NCBI RefSeq assembly: GCF_000181795.1
Contig: NW_003526944.1
Location: 2,648,205-2,712,204, forward strand
Direction of reading: 5' to 3'
DNA from: Trichinella spiralis
Lineage: Eukaryota
Length of the DNA stretch: 64,000 nt
Part shown: in pieces, positions 1 through 11,109 of the stretch
Position numbering within the stretch: position 1 is the first letter of the stretch
Layout of the letters: the number at the start of each line of letters is the position of its first letter
Made by a program: the position numbers and the translations under genes
The notes under the pieces: generated by a model
Told to the model about the DNA's origin: nothing
Database searches by the model: none
Seen by the model: only the letters and a program-made list of their open reading frames with translations

Positions 1-270
1 TGTCGCAATCAACAGGAGAAATGCACTGTTCAATTCTAACAATAAGGACTATTTGAAAACTGAAAAATGACCTTAACGTTTACAATTCAGTTGAAATATA
101 AACTATCTGGCAGAAAACGCCATAACAAAAACATTGACTTAGTCAAAACACGCCTCCGCATCTTTGGATTTGAGATTTCAAATTTCAAAAATGCCCTACA
201 TAAATAGAAGTTGATTTCTAATACAAAAAGACGCTTTCAAATGAATAATTTTAAAGTGGAAGCTTGTTTA
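1..270. repeat. Diverged direct repeat, copy A (runs off the left edge); copy B at about 991-1270
   Basis: 1-160 (aacaggagaaatgcactgttcaattctaacaataaggactatttgaaaa...aacgccataac...aaacacgcctccgca) aligns by eye with 1008-1157 (aacaggaaaaatgcactgttcaattctaccaataaggaccatttgaaaa...aacgccataac...aaacacccctccgca). Weaker similarity continues (tacataaat.gaag; taattttaa.gtg). Confidence 0.8.
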
Positions 271-386
271 ACTACTGAAAAGATGATTTGCAACAGACGC
301 TGATGTACGTTGTGGACAAAAACTATGCGCGCAGCATTAAAAGTGTTTTACGTGAGATACAAATTCTGGTAAAAATGAATTCTTAC

Positions 387-603
387 CTCATCTCGACATA
401 ATATGAAAAGCAAACAGTACACTTTAATAGCAAAGAATATTTTATATACATCTTACATATTACAAACTAAGATAACTTAAACAAAGGAATAACTACCTAC
501 GCAGAGTCTCACAAAATAAGCATAGAAAAGAAATGGAATTTACCTTTTGTCTTCTCTTGTTCAACTTCTTCTCGTCCGCTTTTTCACTTTTTCTTTCCTT
601 CAT
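387..603 (-). CDS. Possible 5' exons of a minus-strand gene running off the left edge (MKERKSEKADEKKLNKRRQK + CTVCFSYYVEM...)
   Basis: Exon 612-544 is bounded by ttttacag and GTAAAT, with ATG at 603. A phase-compatible 35-nt exon 421-387 is bounded by taaag and GTAAGA. A possible UTR exon lies at 1389-1325 (ttctag / GTAAGT). No recognisable homology. Confidence 0.25.
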
Positions 604-990
604 TAATTTTACCTGTAAAAATGATATTGAATGAAAACTGTTTTCAATTTATCACAAAGTACAATTACAACAAATATAATAATTAATTGTTTTTTAATTA
701 AAAGATAATTATTTACGAAACTGGTATTTAAATGTTTTGAAGAAACGTAACACAACGAGAAAAAATGAGGAATTACTTTTCAGCAATTAAAAATCGACTT
801 CAGCAACTATTCAGCGTCAAAAACTCAGAGAACGTTTCACGACGCTACCACTTGCCACGTAAGTCAAACGAACGAGTGCGCCCTAACTGACGATAAGGCA
901 CCTTTTATGGCGATCGATATTTGCATAGCGCAGCGCTGGGAACCGGTTTTTGTGCATTGGAACTTTTCTTTTAGAATAAATTCTAACCTA

Positions 991-1270
991 TGCCGCAATA
1001 CAATATGAACAGGAAAAATGCACTGTTCAATTCTACCAATAAGGACCATTTGAAAATTCAAAAATGATCTTGACATTTAAAATTAATTCAAAATATAAAT
1101 TATCGGACAAATAACGCCATAACGAATGAAGTTACATAGTCGAAACACCCCTCCGCAGTTCTGAAATTTTTCTTAAGTCAGAAAACCAAGTACATAAATC
1201 GAAGTGAATTAGTTAACAATTGTAATAATAAATCTAGTTGAATTGTAGCTAATTTTAAGTGAGCGGTTTG
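991..1270. repeat. Diverged direct repeat, copy B
   Basis: Colinear similarity to 1-270 with substitutions and small indels. No convincing conserved reading frame. Confidence 0.8.
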
Positions 1271-2606
1271 CGGGCAAACGATAATGCTATTCAAAAATCA
1301 CAACAAGAACAATGAATGACTTACAACTTTTCAATTTCCCAATGCGAGATATTACGATCTTCTCAACTTCTGGGCTCCATTTAAATTAACTAGAAAAATA
1401 ATATTTTTTGGAAGTTTTATACATATATTACAAGCTGACACATGTACCGAGCTACAACTACAAGGAGCAAAGGGCAAGGCCAGTGATTAAAAATTTGCAT
1501 GTTAACGAGACAACGCCTAGCACTGATGAAATAATATGATATGACCTCAATTTTTATAATAAATGTCTAAATTAACTTGATTTGCTTTACATGGGCAATT
1601 CAATTGTATCCAGATGTGAGGAATAATATTATCGTTGATATTTCAAACTTCCATCTCGAATATTGCTTGCTATTTGTAAGATTTTACAACACTAACTGTG
1701 TTTAAAATTGTTTTGATATCGTGATGAAAAGCGAGCGTGGTACCTGTTGACCAGATATGTCTTGGAAATTTGGTATATGTTCTTAATTAAATTTTTCATC
1801 CCTTACAAAGTAACTCAAAAAAACGCGTAATATACAAACACATTCCTTCTTACGGATGAGATCCATCTCATAATCATCTACTTGTCGACATTCTAATTTT
1901 TAATAAAAGAAAAAAAATACTTTTATCTAACAGTAAAAAAACGACAAACGATAAACTGAATAATAATGTCAAAAATTATTTCCATCACTCATTCATTAAT
2001 GAGAAAGCGATGACAACTGTCGATGATCAATCAGTCAATAGGTCAAAAAGTGCTATCGATTTAAAAGAAAACACTAGCAAAATACGTACTTGATTTTCAC
2101 TTTTGAACTTTATGTTTCAGGCATCATTTTTTCGAAACGTGAACACTTTGCCATTTGATATTCAAAATTTAATGTTTGTATGAATCAACAATAACAACAC
2201 CACTGTCAAACGCTAAATTGTAAGTAGAAATTTTTCATAAGTGAAAAAAAATCCCATTACACTTCTGTAATGCATGGAAAATACCGCGGTCAAAAAGTTT
2301 TTTTAATTACTTGATAAAAATATCAGATTTAACATGCAAAAATAATTGATTCGCACGAACATTCAGTTCCACTTTCGGTATTGCGCATTCACTTATTTCT
2401 TTATATGATTAAGAAAAAAATTCTTTTTTTTTTCAAATTATAAACTCTTTTCATTTATATAATTTACAGTTGGCGTTATAATGTTGTCGAAAAATGTTTA
2501 CGTATTGCTTTGTGCATCTTTGATTAAATCTGCTACCGTTTCAATCATATGTCACCTACTTTCTAAACACAGTATTTCTTAGCATGCGCAGTAGTTGTTT
2601 TTGAAA

Positions 2607-4670
2607 ATGGAAATGAAGCAGACGGCTTGCATGCTGTTATTTCTATTCTGCTGCTGGCCATTGGTACCCGCTACTGCAGTTCTATCTGGCAACAATTCGT
2701 GGGTTCAACCGCTGAATTTAGAAGCGCCGGAGACAAAAGCAATTGCAAAATTTGCACTGCATCAGTTGCAAAATAAGTCAAAACAGTACAGCAAGTTATC
2801 CATTATTCGAATAAAAGATGCTGTGGTTGAAATAGACAACGGATTTACTTATAAAATTCAATTCTATGCTGGACAAACCGTTTGCAAAAACGATTCGGTA
2901 AGAAAACAACAAATTGTATTGTTATGAGAAAATTTTAAATTATGTAAATCGCTTTGCCAAATTCTGCTTGACAGATACATGCCGATCGTGAAAATTGTAT
3001 TCTGAAACCAGACGGTCTCGTCCACTATTGTTCTGCAACTGTGCGCTATAAACTGTGGACAGACGATACCAATAAGCTGGCTGATTTCAACTGCATCATT
3101 CTGACACCATCGGATGTGTTGAACGAATTGAAAAACGGCACGCTAATAACAATAACGAACACGAGCGAAGACAATTTCGACCGCAAACTGATGCTCGCTT
3201 ACAACTCTGTCAAACTACTTAAATTTATCCGTTCTCAAAGTGAAGAAGAAAGAACCTTGTGGATGCAGTTCAAAGAATTTTTGAAAACGTTCAAAAAGTG
3301 GTATCTTTCAGAAAAAGAACTACTGAAACGCTACGACATTTTCAAGGTTAATATGAAGACTGTGGAAATGCTGCAAAAAAATGAACAAGGTATGTTTGTT
3401 CCATGTTTATGGGGGTAAATTTTCAGCATCAATTTGTGCTTGTCTTTTATGCATCTTATGCCAATTGTGAACAATTTGAAGAATTTCACTTGTCAGAAGT
3501 GAATTATTTTCAAATCACATCAATCAATAGTCGTCTACAGTAACTTATTAACAATTAAGGTTTAATGTTTAATACACGATATTACAGTAAAAGTTTTAAT
3601 TTTATAAATTTATTACGAAATATTTTAAAACGAAAATATTAATATGCTGCTTCTCAATCAAGCGATCAAGATAATCAGTTGATGCGCGCAGTATAATAAC
3701 AGAAACAAACAATGCTTGAATTAGTCGCTCAGATATGTTTTTGTTCAGGGACGGCGGTCTACGGGGTGACATTTTTTGCCGATTTGACTCCCGAAGAATT
3801 TCGAAAATTCTACCTCTCTCCTCAGTGGAAACGAGATCAACTGCCCCAGCGCAAAGCGTCAATTCCAAAGGGAAAAATTGAAGATCGTTGGGATTGGCGA
3901 GAGCACAACGCCGTGACAGAGGTGAAGAATCAAGGTAAATCGTGAATTTCCACTTCACATTTGCGGTGAAGATTATTTTCCAACGCTTACTTGTGGTTAA
4001 AGGTATGTGCGGTTCGTGCTGGGCATTCGCCACTATTGCAAACGTTGAAGGCGTTTGGGCAGTTAAAAAGGGGGAACTTGTCTCTCTGTCCGAGCAAGAA
4101 CTGGTCGACTGCGATACACTGGATCAGGGTTGCAGTGGCGGTTATCCATCGAACGCGTACAAAGAAATCATTCGTCTTGGCGGATTGACTACTGAAACAA
4201 ATTATTCCTACGACGGCAATCAAGGAACATGTCGATTCAAGACCCAAAATGCTAAAGTATTTTGTTTATTCTTTATTGCTTAATACGCAGAACCGAAGCG
4301 TTGAAGCGGAATTTTCATGTTTCAGGTTTACATCAATGATTCTGTTAGCCTTCCAGAGGACGAAACTGAAATCGCCGCTTACATAAGAGAGAACGGTCCG
4401 GTTGCAGTAGGAATTAATGCATTCGCGATGATGTTCTACCGCCACGGCATTGCGCATCCTTGGCGTTTTCTTTGCAGTCCGGATGCGTTGGATCACGGTG
4501 TTGCGATTGTTGGTTATGACGTGGAAAAGCAGTCCAAAAAGCCCAAGCCTTATTGGATAATAAAGAACAGCTGGGGCACTCACTGGGGTGAAGGTGGCTA
4601 TTACATGCTTTACCGAGGTGCAGGAGTATGCGGTGTGAACAAAATGGTCACGTCGGCCATCATAGACTGA
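2607..4670 (+). CDS. CTSF: Cathepsin F-like papain (C1A) cysteine protease: signal peptide, cystatin-like domain, I29 propeptide, catalytic domain; about 496 aa
   Basis: Exons 2607-2897, 2975-3389, 3749-3934, 4003-4256, 4326-4670; all introns GT-AG and phases consistent. Catalytic motifs QGMCGSCWAF, DHGVAIVGY and WIIKNSWG. ERFNAQ-type propeptide ELLKRYDIFKVNMKTVEMLQ, plus GTAVYGVTFFADLTPEEF. N-terminal cystatin-like segment (YKIQFYAGQTVC). Confidence 0.95.
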
Positions 4671-4872
4671 TTTACCAACACGATGGTGTGTAGATTTTTT
4701 TTCAATTCACGTAGCTCATCAGCGTGTGTGTGCGTCAAATTTAGTCATTTAAAAGATACTTTCTCCGTTTCGTCGGAAAACTAAACTACTTGACAGCTAC
4801 TGTCGCCTTCTCAAATTTCAATATCGGCTTAGGTTACGGATGCATTTTTTCTTGCCGTTAGTATAACATTAT

Positions 4873-4878
4873 AATAAA
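4873..4878 (+). terminator. Candidate polyadenylation signal of cathepsin F
   Basis: AATAAA about 200 nt after the TGA at 4670. The AT-rich background lowers specificity. Confidence 0.4.
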
Positions 4879-5679
4879 TAAATTGCATCTTTACGAAATT
4901 TGCATAAAACCTCGAAAACCAGTACTTGAAATGTGCAAAAATTCAACATATAATACAAATGCAACATTGAATCGTCTGTTGAAAATATTTTCGTCAAATT
5001 GCTAATAATGCTCAAACATAATTAGATAAAATTTTGAAACCACCAAATAATAACAACAATATCGTGATAGAAAAAAATAAATAACAAAACTAAACATGCT
5101 TTAACAGTGAAACGAGCACTTACTTGTGTTCTCCTTCAAAAATCTGCAGAAACAAATGTTTCCATAACTGTGCAACAGTCGACTTGATGCAGCGCAGTTT
5201 GATAGAGGCTTGTCAAATAAATAATAATACTGTAATTTACAATCAACATTTGCTTCAACAGTGCAAATATGCCCGATAAAATCATATATGAAAGATCGTA
5301 TGAATGTGTAACGGTGCGTTTGCGAAGACGAGATAGTGATTTGAAATTCAAATCGACCAATACAAAATACAGATAACACAACTGAATAACGTATGCACAA
5401 TCGTTAATTATTTCTGTAATGCAAATAAGAGAAATCAAGTTCAACTGACTATTGTTTCAACGTTGTCACCGCATTCTAATTAATTTTCATTTCATTCAAT
5501 AAATTCCTCAAAGCGTTTTACCATCATCAATAGTGAATAAGTTTGAACCGTATGCTTACGATATTTTTAAAAATGAGAAAAAACTTTCATTTCTATTTTA
5601 TCATAACGGTAGCAAAAGTTGAAAAATATAATTTCTACTGGAAAGACCACATTACAACCATTACGGTTGTTCTGCAATG

Positions 5680-6670
5680 TCAAGGACTGTACCAAACTGT
5701 AGTTTGATCGTAGCCTAAAAACAATTGCCGAAGGCAATGGTGAACATTTTTTACAGTTGAAATTGCATTTCAAAGTCATCATTACCGTAATTTGATGGGT
5801 AGTAGTTGTGCGAACGGATGGCAGAAAGGCAGCGACGTACAACACCATAAATGCAGCATCGTTTGTTCGGCGGACAATCCTTTTCAGAATTGCACGGTGC
5901 TTCATCGAACGCAAACCTGGACGGCAAGTATGGTGGACACTGAATATGACCTAACGAGAGGAACAAATTTCATTTATAAACATGTTTGAAATTAAAATTG
6001 AATATAATTACTTTTTGCTACTGCAGAGTCAGGTTTCATGCAAGCTTTTCCAAGTGCCGTTATGCAGCATTTTTTATTGCCTGAACAACTGTAGTCGTTT
6101 TCACATTTACTTATCTTATACTGTGAACTGTAATATGGAGTGGAGGTGAGAGGAGGGCAAAGTCCAGGTTTTTGACCTAAAGACAACGAGAAATTGACAA
6201 AATCAAATCAACTGATATAATTGAAAACAAAAATTCAAAAAGCACAGTTCATTTACAAACAAATAAATTGTCACTAATAATAATAGTAATAATAAGAAAA
6301 AATTACTTTTTTAAGAAAAATTCAACAACATTAAAAGAAATGCTGTATTTTTACGGCTTACGATTTAGTGGATAATTTATCGAGTTCTTGGTTCATAAAC
6401 AAAGTATGTTTGTTATTTATTAAAAAAATAATCACAATCAATGTTATCAGCTAAATCAAAACGTGAAGTATTCCAGTATCTTACTGTAAGTAAAGAATTT
6501 CAAGTTTTAATATACCTCTGGAATGCATTGGAAAAAATTAATAAAAGTTGTCATTTAACTCATCCAGACATACTGATAACAAAAATCCCCAAACACATGG
6601 CACACTCACCGTTGGAAAAGTGGTTGCACAAAGTGCATAAAGCAACAAAAAATAAAAAACCAAAACGCAT
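5680..6670 (-). CDS. Secreted two-WAP-domain (6-Cys WAP) protein, about 141 aa; short paralog of the 8212-9847 gene
   Basis: Exons 6670-6610 (signal peptide MRFGFLFFVALCTLCNHFSN, donor GTGAGT), 6176-6012 (GQKPGLCPP...CENDYSCSGNKKCCITALGKAC), 5950-5786 (CPPYLP...CNSEKDCPPNKRCCIYGVVRRC), 5714-5680 (GYDQTTVWYSP*). All introns are phase 1 GT-AG. Confidence 0.85.
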
Positions 6671-8211
6671 CGCAATTGCAGCTTGAACAGTCGTATGTTG
6701 TCCGGTTGTCCATCTTTTACGTTGTTTTGGGGCCTTTTATGGAAAATTTCGACAAGTCAATAACCGCACGAATACTGTTAATTTTTTCCTGAAGAAAAAA
6801 CTTTCCAGCCGGTTGTTCATGACCAATTAACCAACAGTGTTGTGGGCGTAGATTGATCGGCGTGTGTACATCTGGGACGAGCAATTAATTTAGCAGAAGA
6901 AAAGTTGCCATCCAATAAATAAGTTCAATTAAAACAGGCTGTGAATGAATGAATTTAAGCAAATGCAAAATGACATCACAAACGGATGCAATTCTTTGAA
7001 ACGCAACAATCATTCATTGATTTGTTTCACTTTCTACAAAGAACAACTCTGGTTGTGAACAACGGCAGCAGCATTAACTTACTTTAGACGTTGGTTGAGT
7101 AATTTTAATTAAATTAATAAATTAATTGTCTTCAAATTGTAAATGACATTAAAATGTATTCAATAAGTAAACCGATGCGTAAAGTGTAGTCAAAACAAGA
7201 AGGAATGCTGGAAAAAAAAAGATAAACTGCACAAATTGAGAACCTGGACAAAAAGCAACCGAAACGATGAGAAAGTGAAAGTGATGAATTATTATTCGAA
7301 TTTCAAGTGCATGTGATGTAAATTTTCAGCTCTTACTTAGCTGATGAGCGGCGGAAAGTGGTTTATTTGCAAATTCAATTCCCACAACTACAGATTTTAA
7401 ATTTAAACACTGCATAAAAAAATACAAAAGTAAAGCACTGAACAAAATCAGCTTATAGAGGTGGTTGAAAGTTTGAATAAATAATACTATTTATTTCAAC
7501 TGATATTGCAATGATTCACGATGCTCCTTGTTGTCAGTCGCAATTGTTGCTGTTGCCATCTCTTACTATTTTTTTGTGACAGTTTTCGGCAAAGCAATTT
7601 GACCAAATATAATAAATAAACAACCTGCCGATTGAACTAATTGGTTATTTTATGAATAGTGGTGAAAATTATTGTTCCTTGTTGGGTTTGACAACGACGA
7701 CCTGAATGCAAAAGCAACCAAGCAACGACGCGTCGTCCAAGGTGGGTGTGGATGCATCAAGCGAAACAACACAGCCTGGAAGGAAGTGGCAATATAAAAC
7801 GGACGGATGGACGGACAAAAAATGAAGCAAACAACAATTAATAATCAGAAGAAGAAGAAGAAGAAATAAAATTTGAGAAAAATAAGATCAAGAATAGAAG
7901 AATAAGAAGAAGAAGAAGAAGAGAGGACAGTAGTAGTGCCGGTTTTATTGGAACGCAAATTATATTATTCATTTTGTCCCAATTCTGCTTGTTTTACTGG
8001 TTCAATTTCTGACGACAGTATTTTCGTAAAGCATTTCGTTCAGTCGTCGTCAACTCAATCTCAGCACCAACAAAGTGAACAGACAGACACATTTCAACTA
8101 GAAAACCAGTAGGAATTTGGTTTGAAATTTGTTTTCAATAATTATCCTTTTTTCCAAACTTGGTGTTGCATATACAGATATAGATATAAATATTTTCATC
8201 CATCCGCAAGC

Positions 8212-9847
8212 ATGAATCATTGCTGTTGCTTGTACGCTGCCTTAGTCGCCTTGGTACTCAGCTTTGTGGCTTTGTCGAGCGAAGGTGAGTTTTACAACAT
8301 CAGCGCATGCTGTTGTCTCTGTACTTGTGCCTGAATTAGTTGTCTTCTCCACTTCCCCTCGTTATTTAATTTTTGCACACGCTTTTCAATCATTTCAAGG
8401 ACAGAAACCGGGCATTTGTCCGGCCATTGTTGGCGGTGTTCCGTCGCAAAATCCAGACCACAAATGCCAAGACGACTACGCTTGTCCAGGAAGTAGAAAG
8501 TGTTGCGACACTCTGATCGGCCGCGTTTGTATGCTTCCAGAAAGGGCCTCCAGCGCCGATGTCCAGTACAACAACAGTAAGTGGGCTCGACTGATTTCAC
8601 CTTAAACGTGTTCAATCGTCGAATAATGCCGTTGTTTTGTAAATGCTTTAAAAATCCCAGATCCGCCTTCATGTCCAGCTGTCCTGCCTGATTCGTTTAC
8701 TCGCGACCAGCACCTCTGCTTTTCTGACGCGGATTGTAGCAACGGTCGTCGATGCTGCAGATACGGTTCAGTGAAACGATGCTTGGGAGGTGAGTGGAAT
8801 CGGATGAACGGACAAAGCGAGCTTATTTATTTTCGACTGACTTTTCGACAGGTGCACAGCACATTCAAGAAACAACTGTTTGGATCAAACCGAATCAAGT
8901 CTATCCCACTACACCTAGGCCGTATCCGTATCCACCGCCCCGCCCGCCAGGTATGGTCTGCAATGGTGAAGGCGAGGTGTATTCCGATTGCGCGCCGTTG
9001 TGTCCAAAGGGATGTGACAATTTGCATGACAAACCCACCTGCTCAGGCTGCAAACCTGGTTGCAAGTGCAAAAAAGGTTATCACAGACTGGAGGTAAACA
9101 ACGACAAATCACCTTGCGTCGAAAATGCCGTCTGCAGAGCGTTGACGTCGAACAGTAAGTTTCGTGGTTCGTGTGTTTTACACAGTGTTGAACAACAACT
9201 GCAATCGCTTCAGAAAATTGTCCCGACGGATCTGTACCGCCATCCATGTGCCAAGGCAGAGGTGGAAAATGTCCACCGGGAACCAACTGTGTGAACGGAA
9301 TGTGTTGCCGCCAGCAACAACCATACATGCCAAAACCGAAACCCGGAGAGTGTCCGAGCATGCCATCGCCGAGTGAAGTCAAATGGGCAGCGTCGTGCAT
9401 GAATGACAACGAATGCGATGGTTCGAAAAAGTGCTGCAACACAAGAAATGGACGACTCTGCCTGAGTCCTTCTTCGCGTTCCGGAACTGTGGGTCAGGGT
9501 AATTTGGAAGGAACACGTAAGTGTTAAATAAATAAATGAATACTACACGCTAATTAATTTCATTTCTTTCATAATCATGAATCAATACAAACGGACGAAT
9601 GTAAAAGCTAATTGATAAATTTACAATCAGTAATTAATTATTGTTAATTTTGGACATTTGACCACAATTCGATTTCTTAATTACAACAATACACTAGTTT
9701 TCCGTTACATTTACAAAAATATTTCACGCTCAATAAAGAAAGAATAGTGAAAATTAAAAAAGACTATACTTACTATTTTATATATTTTTCTTTTCAGTTG
9801 ATAAAGTGTTCAATCTGCTCGGTCTCGGAAATACCCTTCTCGGCTAA
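8212..9847 (+). CDS. Secreted multidomain protease-inhibitor-like protein: SP-WAP-WAP-Pro-rich linker-TIL-Cys-rich (WR1/lustrin-like)-WAP, about 344 aa
   Basis: Exons 8212-8284 (signal peptide), 8400-8576 (GQKPGICP...KCC..C), 8661-8789 (CPAVLP...DCSNGRRCCRYGSVKRC), 8852-9154 (10-Cys TIL, CNGEGEVYSDC...CKCKKGY...CVENAVC), 9214-9516 (CPDGS...CPPGTNCVNGMCC then KPGECP...KKCC..C), 9798-9847 (LDKVFNLLGLGNTLLG*). All introns are phase 1. The terminal exon is less certain; unspliced, the frame stops at 9527. Confidence 0.88.
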
Positions 9848-11109
9848 GTATGTATACATGCATAAACAAACACATATAATATGCGTGTATTCCACTATTG
9901 TGCTATGGTATTAGTAATGACTGATTGTTTCTATATATAAAAAAAGAAAACTAACACACAACTAACAATAATCACAACAGCTTTCTGTATACGAACCGAA
10001 TTAACGGTTAATTACCACCGTTCAACGTTTCTTCCACATAATATCATTTTACAATTTCATATGTTATCAGTAAGTAAATAAAGATTACGAATCATTTTCA
10101 TCGTTGAATTATACTTAGAAATGAAATACTGAAAAGGAAAATTAATTTATTAAAATATTAGCATAAACATTGTGGAAAAGAAAAATAAAAACAAACTAGC
10201 ATAATTACTCTGAGGCTGAGGCGTTCTTCGAAGCGGAAACAAAGGCCTGGTATAAAAACAGAAGAAGAAGAAGAATAAGAAGAAATACAACAAAATACAA
10301 AGTATAGCAAGCAATACAGATGACGGCTCGGAAAAGTGTCGTAGAAAATAAAGGCACCAGCTAAAAATAGTCGTTTGTTGGTCAAAAAAATTGACGAGAG
10401 TGCAAAGGAAATGTGCTGATGAAAAAGAAAAAAGCACGGCGTGTTTGATTCAACCAACCAAATGCCAATTCCAATTTAGTGTATATTTGTAAGAAATTCT
10501 TAAATAATAACGAATTATTTGCATACGCATGCAAATGTAATAGAAATCAATTTGCATACTTTACTGTTTGCTATTATCTTCCACTTTCACTGACCAGAAA
10601 GAAACGTCATCATCATCCTCATCAACGCATTCGCCATAAGCTGTTCAACGAACAACAAAACCAACCGCGTTTTACATGAACATATTGACAAAACAAACGA
10701 CGGGATTCGGATTCGCAGCTTTCAAAGAGATTGAATCTACGAGATCTTTGAATTCAAAGTAAAAGAAGAAGAAACAGTTAGTTGCTCAGACAACCATCCA
10801 AGCTGACCATTTTTCCCAGCCGTATAGAATATTAGCTGAATGAAAGAATAATCATATAAAATAAAAAAAAGTATGCAAAACGGTAAGAAGAAGAAGAAAG
10901 AGTTCAATTGAATGGCAATAAGTATAAATGGTTGAAGATCGAATAAACATGTATGCAGTAAATAAAAGTATGAAATGCAAGCGAGCACCGCAGCGCAAAC
11001 AATGCAGAGAAAAAATAAACTGAAAAGAAAACATGCTGATCCGTTCAATGTATAAATGTTACGTTCAATGATGCTGAATAGACAGACAGCTTTGCTTCAG
11101 GTTAGCAAG

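Noticed and set aside
5101..5444. Minus-strand ORFs and a GTAAGT donor between cathepsin F and the short WAP gene
   Set aside because: No coherent exon chain or recognisable domain could be built.
8915..9442. 175-aa minus-strand Cys/His-rich ORF
   Set aside because: Antisense shadow of the TIL/WAP exons.
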